This document shows, in pieces, positions 12,301-23,544 of a stretch of 34,406 nt of DNA; within the stretch, counting starts at the first letter, position 1, and the number at the start of each line of letters is the position of its first letter. This DNA comes from Perkinsus chesapeaki ATCC PRA-425. Lineage: Eukaryota > Protista > Perkinsozoa. The notes beneath the pieces are model-generated. The model saw nothing but the letters and a program-made list of their open reading frames with translations. It ran no database searches and had not been told where the DNA came from. The position numbers and the translations under genes are program-made. Where the stretch lies: positions 1 to 34,406 of the forward strand of contig JAAPAO010000381.1 in NCBI GenBank assembly GCA_013115145.1, written 5' to 3'.

Positions 12301-13011
12301 AGCATACCTAATAAAAATAATAATAAACCATACCCCCCTTTCATTAATACTAGTTATATTGACATCAATACTACCTCATCCTCTAATTTTATTGATTCTT
12401 TAATAGTGGGAGTATCACATACTTTACATAAATCTGGATACTTATCTTTTAACTGATAATAATAATACCAACATTTAACTTATTATTATTATTATTAATT
12501 ATGGTGGTGGTGGTGGTGTTATTATTATCCAAGTTATTATTACTATTACATCTCTTATATTAGCTATTGCTTTGGCTGCATCTTCAATATTATTATTTAA
12601 TAATGCATTATTACATATATTAACTGTATTATGCATTATTATTACGGCTTGTGTTAATTCATATGCTTCATGTACTTTATTTTTAGTATTATCTAATCCT
12701 TCAACTTTAACCGATAATTCACAAGCATTTTGTGATAATATAGACAAATCTGATTCTAATTCAATTATCTACTAATAACAATAATAATAATAATACTAAC
12801 TTATATTACCTCCTCCCCCACGTTTAGATTGTTCTTATTATTTGGTAATATATTATCAATATCAGTTAGCTTATCACATGCATCTCTATATAAATTATAT
12901 AATTCGTTATCAACCTAATATATATATATAATATACATGTATTATAGTTATTCATATTACTTCCTTTTCTTTATTATTTAATATATTTATAATACTCGAT
13001 GCAGTATTCAT
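9349..13011 (-). CDS. COG4: Conserved oligomeric Golgi complex subunit 4; many short introns
   Basis: N-terminal GLDNTKNKVHEAYELTQAV...NNNIEDAAKAI and C-terminal LGAIQFDQDIRRLLNYF...IRRKFSRLLDICTLLSLE...FRLSKDEVKRV match recalled COG4 (LGGLQFDKELRSL...IRDKFARL...WRLTPAEVRQV). Confidence 0.85.
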
Positions 13012-13496
13012 TGAATATACCACCATATAATAATAACAACAACAACTACTCGGGTATCATTATTAAGATAAGATAATATACGTACTTATAACACAATAAC
13101 GCTGTCATTGAATAAGTATGACTAGTAGTTGACTAGTGTTATTATTAAATGACTAGTTCGAGCAGTAGTAGTAGCAGTAGTAGTAGTAGTAGAGATAATA
13201 GCGTTACACAGCAGCAGCCGCAGTTTAAACCGTAGTCTTATTGTTGCTACTATGAACAATAATAATTATCAACAAGATGATTTTAATGACAATTACCGAT
13301 TAACAAGAGACTGTTGTTGTTAATATATACACTCAACCTAGTGGTATATATTATAACATTGCCTATGATAACATGAATTGATGATGAATATTGAAACAAG
13401 GCACAGCAGAAGCAGAAGCAGAAGCAGGCATAAGCCTTATCATTCATAAGAATGATATTACTAATAAGGTACTAGTAGTAGTAGTTATAGCAGCAA

Positions 13497-16400
13497 TTAT
13501 AGCTTCTTGTTGTTATTATTATATGATGGTGAAGGCGCCGCTGCCACCGCAGCAGCCGGGGTCGACTTTATTCGGGTATTATTTATATTACGATTGGTAG
13601 TACTATTACCCTGTGATGATGATAATCTATGTTGTTGTTGTTGAGGCTGCTGTCTAGATGTCGCTGACGATGTTGGTGTTACTTGTTGGTGTTGTTGTTG
13701 TATATTATCCATATTCCATACTGTAAACCAATCAACATCTGGATGTGGTGGACATGGTGGGATATCTCTTATCTCATCTTCAAGTATACTTATTTTGATA
13801 CCAACTCTACTATGAGAATATACTAATACATTTTGACATAATGCACCAATACGAAATAATAATGAATTTAATCTATACCTAATAAAATATACTTAATAAT
13901 AATACTATTATTATTAATGACATTATAACATCCCACCACTATTATCATTAAGTATTATTGTTATTATTACCATGGGAATGCTAATACAACCCAAAATCCT
14001 ATTCTGATATCCTTCCTTTGCCTTAATATTATATAATTTAATGCGATAACCATTATATACCTAATGGATTATAGTACCCGTATTGAGTAGTAGAAGTAGT
14101 TAGTGATTATGATGATGAGTATAGTGTGTGTTATTATTACACTAGTGCTGTTAATATACCTAGCATAATTAAGAATGCTATGTAATCTCGACATATTAAA
14201 CCAAATATTAAGAATACTCTTAACCAATCCAAACATATAGTTAATAACTAACACTTACTATTATTATAATAACTAATACTATTACTACCTCTTGTATGAA
14301 ATATGGTTTAAGTATCCAACTTGGTAAATGACACCAACCTGCAGGATTTATTATCTCAAATAGATACATGAATGTCTTCCTATGTGATGTTACATCCCAT
14401 GATTTAACACGTTGTCTAAATAATTTAGCCCTAATAATAATAACCGTATGTATATATTATATTAATATTATTATTACCATGTATCTGGTGCAAATGTTGG
14501 TATTAATGTTTGAGCTGATGATATTATTCTGGAATTATCCCTTTTTTTTAATAGATTTATACCCATTTGTAGATCTTCACCATGAAATACAGTATCATGA
14601 TCATACATAACCTACTTATACAACAACAACAACAATTGTATATAACATTATAATAATAATAACTCTTATTATTATTGTTACCTCATCTAATGTTTCCCTA
14701 TCCCATAACGCTATAGCGCCATGACAACTTAATGCTCTTGCTAATGTAGCCTGTAGTAATAATGATAATAGTATTATGGTAAAGTTACCATAATAATACC
14801 TGTAATTGTTTATGTACAGCTGCTAATCTATATTCACAATCTTGACAACCAATTAATATACCAGCTTTATCACCATCTTTAACAGCAGCACCAATAGGGA
14901 AATGTACAGCTTTAATTTCAGGATTCTGATCTAATAATTGATGTGGTATATGTAGATCTGGTGGTAATATAACATCATCATCGATAATAACAGCATATTT
15001 AAATAAAGGTATTCTTTCATTACGTTGAAGGAAGGGTATCCAATATTTATTACACCAATAAAATGCAAATGTTTTATTACCCTCAGGTACATATAGATAA
15101 TTAATATCTGGATGTACCTGTTGTAATGATATATAATGTGTGTTAGGTTATGTTTAATTCTTCTTCTTCTTTATGGTGTTGGTGGAGACCCTTTCATTTT
15201 GCGTGTGGTACACTACTACTACTAGAGTTGTATTATTACTTGTTCACATGCCCATATATTATCATCAGCTGGTTCTAATGATGAACTATTATCACATACA
15301 AATATATGACTTGGTGGGAATAATAATAATGCAGCTCTTAACATAGTATAATGATTCTCTAACCTACTATTAGTAATTAATACTATATCTAATATTACTA
15401 CTACCTTTCCAATGTCATTGTAGAATTATGGCATGCTATTAATAAGCATACATCTCTAGTCATAGCTTGACTTAATACCTATTATATATAATTATCATCA
15501 TTACGATAACCGTCATATGATAACCGCTGCTGCTGCTGCTGCTGTTGCTGCTGTTATTACAAAATCGACTGTAGCTGTATCTTCACTTGGATCACTTATT
15601 GATGATGTTAACATACTATCAGATATTAATGATTCCTCATCATTATCATCAACACCAATGTCATCGGTAACAGCATAAACAGCATCTAATTAATAATATT
15701 ATTAACAAGTGTAACCTATATATTATTATAACCCGATATACCCGATATATATCCCTTGTCTTCTTCTTCTTGGTGTTGGTATTGTAATACTGTTGTTGCA
15801 TATGGTTTTGTACGTTTATTTCTCTTATCCAGTTCCATTAACCTTCTTTCTGTTAATATACCCCCTTCTCCTATTACCCTCTTATTAGTACCCTATTATT
15901 AATATCAACAAACCATACATGCAGCATTTAATCTATATATTATTATTACATCATACTCATTGTTATCATTATCATAGTAATCATCATCATTATCAGTGAT
16001 ATAATAATCCCTATCATCGTCTATACTATAATTATCCTCCTGTTTATCCCGTAGTTCTTCTTGTAACCTTCTTGCAAATACCTAACATAACAACAAGCGT
16101 AAAACATATCATCATATCACTGTATAATAGTAATACCCCTTGTGTTGGCCATCTTACTACTATAGTAGCCATTATAAATAATACTATATCAAGTAATACA
16201 TCAATGAATATCATCCAATCTAACCAACTAGTTGCCTTCCATATAGATACCACACCAATTATAGCTGATACTATTGATGTTAATGGTTGAGCATTTTGGG
16301 GTGAGAAATATATTACTAACCATTGTGAGCATGTTATTAACAATATATAGAATATTGATAATAAAGCCGTGCCTAATAATAATATTACTTACGGTATCTT

Positions 16401-18320
16401 TATTATTATTATTACGTATTCTTTGTTTTGTAACATATTTAATCCTTTTATCATTACCTAATGTCCTCCATTGATGTAATCTTCTTTTCCAAGCATTTGA
16501 TTCAAATCTTTTACGTGGATCACGGGATAAGCTAATAATAATATGATTATATATATATTAATTATTATTAATACAGTTGTGATTTAGTATTATTATGTGA
16601 TCTAGTATTAGGTGTACCCATTGATGATGTCCCTTTACTTGTTGAATAATAAGATGATCCTCCTCCTCCTCCTACTCCTGCTACACCACCACCACCTCTA
16701 TATCTAGATCTATTGGACCTAATAAGTAATCATGATAATGACGGTTATATTATCATTACCCCTCTCCATTATTATTATACTTATGATTATAGTGATTATC
16801 AACAACTTGACCACCACTATATGGTAGATCAACATTATTATTATAATAATAAGCACTATTACTATCATATGTATTACCACCATATGATATAACAGATGAT
16901 GATGTAGCATAATTAACTTGTGCTTCTTCAGACCATCTTAATATAACTTGATCCTTAAGATATTTCTTTTTAGGTGGTAATTCAGCAGACATTCTAATCT
17001 TTCCTTCAAACTCTTCCTTATTTAATGATTTCTCCACAGATCTTAATACCTAATAATATATTCATTATAACAATATATACAATATTATTACCATTTCCCC
17101 AAATAACCAAAATAATGTTATGAATATAACGGCTATAATTAGACCTCTTATAGCCAATATATTACTCGGTGTTACGGTAAAATAATAAGTACAACTTGAT
17201 TCCTGTTGTACCTTATATAATATAAAGAGTTTCAATATAATAACTGTGGCTGTGGCTGTGACTGGTCTATTACTTTGTAACATGCCATTTGATAATATAC
17301 TTGTGATCCTCTTAAAAATACATAACCTATATATTTATAATAATCATTACCACTGATGATTATTATTACATTGTTCATTCTCTCCATCAGGTGTTGTATT
17401 AGCATTAACATCAGACGGATCCGGGCATATATTATTATTTTCAGTTCTACAGATCGATGTACATGGTGATGTTAAATAACATGTTATTGGATCTTCTTCA
17501 GATTTAGATAATACACACATATCGATTGCTTGTGTTGCCGGTGTACCAGGTGGCATCTAATATTATTAATATTACTGATATTCAGTTATAAGTATTCTTG
17601 TTATTATTACATCTAAGCTTTCAGTTTTAAGATAATTACTTAATTCTAGACTATATCCTAATGATAGTTTACATGCTGGCCCTTGATATAGTTTACGTGA
17701 TAACTGTAACATTTCATTTAATTGTGGACATGTTAATAATGGTATTGTATTAGTTGAATTGTCTATTATCCACATAATACCATAACTATGCCATGTTGCT
17801 GCTACAAATAAGCATACACTCAATATAATACCCAATAAGATAACACGGAATAATACACCACAAATACTCCCTGATTTTGCAGATGATAATGGTATCTAAT
17901 TTGGGTTAATAACAATATATTATTCATGATTAGGCATATCATTATTAAGATTACTGTCATCGATTTAATAGGTGTATCATAAGGTAGCGGTGCTGCTGCT
18001 GCCGGTGATTCGATACGATGTTGTTGTTGTGATTGTGATCTTATAGACGGTGGTGTACTGGTACCATATGATGATCTATGTGTGGTATTATTATGTCCTC
18101 CACCAATATTATGTATTGGACTATTAGTTGTTGTTGTTGTTCTAGCAGTAGTCCTCCTATTATAATAATCAGCTTCTTGATACTCGTTTGTTCTATGAGC
18201 AGCAGCAGTATTATTATTTTCATATATTCGTGTATTGGGCACATTATTATTAGCAGTGGTAGTTAAATCCGATGGCATATCACGCCTAGATGATGTTAAC
18301 AGAGGAGGAGGAGGAGCCAT
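13497..18320 (-). CDS. Processive family-2 glycosyltransferase, multi-pass membrane protein, paralog A (intron-rich)
   Basis: IFVCDN, YAVIIDDDV (DxD), CQDCEY, SCHGAIALWDRETL, GEDLQMG and RQRVKSW. Hydrophobic segments lie on both sides, with a Cys-rich region between the first two. Ends approximate. Confidence 0.85.
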
Positions 18321-18788
18321 TGATGATGATTGGATGATTGGAAAAACTATTATTATAATTAATAACAACAATAACAACAAATATAATGATGAGGATAGAA
18401 AAGTAGTACTAGTTGGTTAATGATATGATTATTATATTGCTGCTTGTTATTATTATACTACTAGTAGTAATAGAACAATTATTATTATAACAATATAACA
18501 TCCAAATAGTAAAAGGAATATATATATTAGGAATACCTCTTAACGTAGTAGTGGTAGTAATACTATTGGATACTAATAGTTATAATAATAGTAACATGAT
18601 TATTAACAACATACTAGCAGTATTAATAAGCATAATGAACAACAACAACATTAGTAACGGGAAGGACAAGTTGAAGTAGAGGGAGTGGTAGTAGTAATAT
18701 CCTATAGCCATCATATACCATTAACATACACATACAACAACACGATGATAATAAAGTATTAGTAGGTTATACAGCAATGTATTATACC

Positions 18789-21700
18789 TTACTTCATCAT
18801 TCTTTGTCCTGGCGGTGGTGGTGGAGGAGGTGACCTCATAGAGCCATCATCAGATGGCGCCCCCCTTGATGATAGCTCTTCTTCTTCTTGTTCAGGTATT
18901 GATTGTGTTAATAAATTATCATCATCCGGTATATCACCAGTCCATACTGTAAACCAATCAACATCCGGACATGGTGGACATGGTGGGATATCTCTTATCT
19001 CATCTTCACGTATACCTATTAGTAAAGTGTAAGTATTAATAATAACGATAGCCTCTTGTTGTTGTTGAATTTAACTTACGTATCTTAATGCCTTTTCTAA
19101 CATGAGAATATACAAGTAGATTCTGTAATAAAGCACCAACACGGAATGCCATACTTGATAATCTATACCATGGGAATGTTATACATGCACAAAAGGATGA
19201 TCTTAAATCATGACGATCACGTAATACAACAATCTCAAAGCAGAATACCATAACGTATCTAATAAGAGGTGATGATGATTATGGTATATTAAGGTAGTGG
19301 TGGTGGTATTACATTAAACCAGTGAATATAACAAACATGAATAAGAAACTAACCCAATCACGGATAATAAGACCACATAATAAGAATGCACGTAACCAAT
19401 CTAATACAATAGTTAGTAACTAAAACGATAAACACACATCACAATAATAATAATAACAACCACATATATAATAATAACTTACCTCCTGAAGGAAGTATGG
19501 TTTAAGTACCCAACTTGCTAAATGACACCAACTTTTAGGATTAATAATTTCCCATATATAAGTAAATGTCTTCTTATGTGATGTTACATCCCATGATTTA
19601 ACACGTTGTCTAAACAACATACCCCAATTATCTGGTGCATATGTTGGTACTATTGCTTGAGCTGATGATATAATCTTAGAATCATCTCTTTTACGTAATA
19701 ATGATAAACCCATGTACATATCTTCACCATTAAATACAGTATCATGTTCATAGAATATCTCATCTAATGTTTCCCTATCCCATAATGCTACCGCACCATG
19801 ACAACTTAATGCTCTCGCCAAGGTAGCTTGGAATAATTTATGTAAACCAGCTATCTTATATTCAATATCTTGACATTGTACCAATAGATTAGGTTTACCA
19901 TCAGGTGTAGTTGCAGTAATAGGGAAATGTACAGCTTTAATATTAGGATTCTGATCTAGTAATTGATGTGGTATATGTAGATCTGGTGGTAATGGCACAT
20001 CATCATCGATAATAACAGCATATTTAAAATCAGATACTCTACCATTTTGAACTAGATATGGTATCCAATATTTATTACACCAATAAAATGCAAATGTTTT
20101 ATTACCCTCAGGTACATATAGATAATTAATATCTGGATGTACCTGTTGTGTTGATATATAATAATATTTAATAATAATAATACCTGTTGTGTTGCCCATT
20201 GTGTATCATCAAATGGTGTAAGTGTTCTACCATTATCACATACAAATATATGACTTGGTGGGAATACTTGTAAAGCTGCTCTCAATGTACCAGTAAATGT
20301 CTCATATCTTTCTTCTGTCATAACTGATTGATGACAAGCTATCATAAGGCATACATCTCTGGTCATAGTCTGGTCCATAATAAATCTAATAGATCCAGTA
20401 TCAACACTAGATATATCATCATCATAATCATCGAATGCTGCTGATGATGAGCTTGTCGCCCCCGCCACCGCCCCTCCCTCTACTCCTGAGATTGTTGTTG
20501 TTGGAGAGTAAGACGACTCATCATCATTGATAATATCTCTACTCAGTGGTATAGTAGCCCCTTCTTCTTCTTCATTTAGTTGTGCAGCTTTATGTAATGA
20601 GTCTTTAACATGTTCAGCATATACTGGTTTAGTTGGCCATTTAACCACAAATACAGCACATAAGAATAGGCAAAAGTCGAGTAATACATCAATAAATATC
20701 ATCCATTCCAAGAATGATTGTGCATTCCATATCTCAACAACAGCTACTAATGCATCTGAATAGGATTCATGTATAGTCTTTTGTTGTGGTGAAAAGAATA
20801 TAATAAACCATTGTGAGAATGTTATTAATATATAAAACAATCCATCAAGCGTTATTGTACCTAACAACATCAGCATCATCATGCAGAGGAGGAATGAGTA
20901 TTACGTGTCCATGCTCTCGAATTGAACCTATTCTTCTTAGATGAGCTTAATTCTTTATATTGTGATAGGCTCTTTAACCATACCGAACTTTGGAATCTTT
21001 TACGTGGATCACGGGAATAATATCGACTTTTCATACCATTAGATGTTATTAATGGTGGTGGATCTGCTGATGATACTGTCTCCTCTCTATAATGTAATTG
21101 TTCACTATATATTGAATCAGCAACAGTAGGTGCAACACCACCAAGTGAAGAAGAAGTATAATAATAATTCTTCTGAGCATCATCATACCATCTTGTTAAT
21201 ACCTGTTGACGTAGCAATTGTCTTTTAGCTGGTAATTCAAGTGCCATTCTAGCACAACCTTCAGCTTGCTCTGATTTAAGATCTTTATCAACTCGTCGTA
21301 ATGTAAATTCAGCACAGAGCCAGAATAGTAATATAAAACAATCAGCGAATATTAAACCTCTAATTGATATTATATCACCAGGTGTATAATCATATGTTCT
21401 ACCACAATATTGATTTAATTGTAATTTATAACAATCTAATCTTTGTGACCATGCACCACCAGCTAACCATATATCACATTGTTCATTTTGCATCATAACA
21501 GTTTCATCTTTATTGATATTAGCTGGATCAGGGCATAATTTATTAGTATCAGAAGTACGACATGTATAACTACATGGTATTGTTGAATAACAATGTATAT
21601 AATCTTTATCTTCATGTGGTAATATACACCTTTCCAATGCATCTTCAGGTTTAGTACCATAAGGTACAGTCATACCATCACGTTGTAGATTCCAAGCTGA

Positions 21701-22195
21701 TTCATAATTATATGCTATATCTAATCTACATGTAGGTGTATCACCAATAATGGCTTCAGTACCAATAACATTAAATGTTTCTTCTAATGGTGGACAGGTA
21801 TATAATGGTACATTACCATCTAAAGTATCATATAACCAATTTATACCATGGGTACGCCAAGTAGCAGCTATAAATGTACTTGAGAACAGTACAATAGCTA
21901 ATATAATAATACGACCAAAAATAGGTAATATAGGTGCTCCCTTAACCTATTAGATATAGTAATAATACAATAAATTAATTACTACTACCTTGGGTACTAT
22001 ATACCGTTCTTGAGGAGATTCAACATCATCACCACCACCATCATCAATACCACTATTTAAATGAAGAGAACTTCGTTGTGGTTGTTGTTGTTGTATAGGT
22101 GATGATGATGAAGATGAGGAGGAGGAGGAGGAAGAGGATAGATGTTGTTGTTGTTGTTGTGTTAATGAAGTAGTATTGTTGTTAATAGCGGCCAT
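18789..22195 (-). CDS. Processive family-2 glycosyltransferase, multi-pass membrane protein, paralog B (intron-poor)
   Basis: IFVCDNG, YAVIIDDDVPLPPDL, QCQDIEYKIAG, SCHGAVALWDRETL, GEDMYMG and RQRVKSW. Collinear with paralog A down to the C-terminal PPCP...DVDWFTVW. The 3' end may include a further exon. Confidence 0.88.
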
Positions 22196-22390
22196 ATAAG
22201 TAATATGGCACCTAAATATTATAATATAACTATACAATACCAATAATCTGCATACTAAATAAGTACAAAATCATACCATCCCTAGCGCAAAAATAGACAA
22301 TCTCAGAGACAAAAATCAAAGTTAGAGCGGAGCGAAGCGATTCAGATTGTGCATTTTTATGTTTCACTCTCGATCAGTATTCAACGCGGC

Positions 22391-22474
22391 GTTATAGCTA
22401 GTTTTTAGCTCAATACGTTAAGGTTTTGGACTGTCACTCGAGTGACCCGGGATCGAATCCACACTAGAACACCA
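22391..22474 (+). pseudogene. Degenerate tRNA-Asp(GTC)-like sequence (pseudo-tRNA or tRNA-derived SINE head)
   Basis: Correctly spaced TAGCTCAA (A-box-like), anticodon loop CTGTCAC in an imperfect TTGGA/TCGAG stem, GGATCGAATCC (B-box-like) and terminal ACCA. The T-stem and acceptor stem pair poorly. Confidence 0.5.
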
Positions 22475-23544
22475 TTCTTCAGTCATCTTTCCCATGTCCA
22501 GTTTGGGATATGCTTTCGAGTTGGGATGATAAATCATTGATTGTTGACACTAACGTGATGTGATAGGTGATATAATATTAGATATTCATGTAGTTAGTGT
22601 AGTAGGATAGGAGAAACAGTCCCAATTATATTTGCTCGATGATGTTGATGTTGACGATACGTTGGTCAATAATAATAAGTGGTGATTAAGTGGCGCTATA
22701 AGCTACAAGGGTTTACTGCCTCGTCATCGTCGCCGTTGTTGTTGTTGTTGTTGTTGTTAACACACGTATTAGGAAATGGGTGAGGTAGGTTAAAACGGAA
22801 AACTTTGAGTAACCCCCCCAACTTCAACAACAAGTGGCCAATATTGTATCCAAAATACAAAACTGAGTTGTATCGCAACGACAAGAACAACAACCGTTAG
22901 TTGGGGAGCAGTAGCAGCAGCAGCACACAAGATTAGGAACCTCTTCTCACCTTCTCTATCTTGCTATTGTCTACGCGACTGCCGTGGGGGAGGAAGGAAG
23001 GAACTCTACAAACATATACGGTGTACTACCACAACATTACATGTTATTATCAACAGTATGCGGCAGCGTTAAACAACAGCTAGTATGTAATCGTTTTACA
23101 TGATGATCATCATCATCATCCTATATGGCTTATATACATCACCATACATAACGAGTAGTTGTGCAGTAGTTATAGGAGGAGAAGGAGAGTGCAACTACTC
23201 CATACAGTCACAAGGCCCCCGCCGCCTCGGGACAACCTACAGATACATTCGAACTCCTTATGTATGAATGATGACTGTGTAGGTAGGTAGGCAGGCCGGA
23301 AGCTGGTGATGGTGGTGGTTACATACTGTATAGTATTGCATATGTGATAGTATTCACCAATACATTATGGAAAACAACAACAACAGGGGGCCTGCTAATA
23401 CATTCCAGGTGGTGGTGTAATAATATACTCTAGTAAAACACAACTAGTAGTAATATTATTATGATAGATGGTGGGCTCTTGTTGTTGTTGTTGTTGTTGA
23501 ATGGTGGTGGTGATATGAACGGAGTGCTTGTAATATCTGATATC

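Noticed and set aside
22600-23500. A hidden gene or TE remnant in the GC-richer spacer (e.g. CYCLRDCRGGGRKELYKHIRC)
   Set aside because: Only short frames with no recognisable motif or consistent exon chain. Left unannotated, though not excluded.
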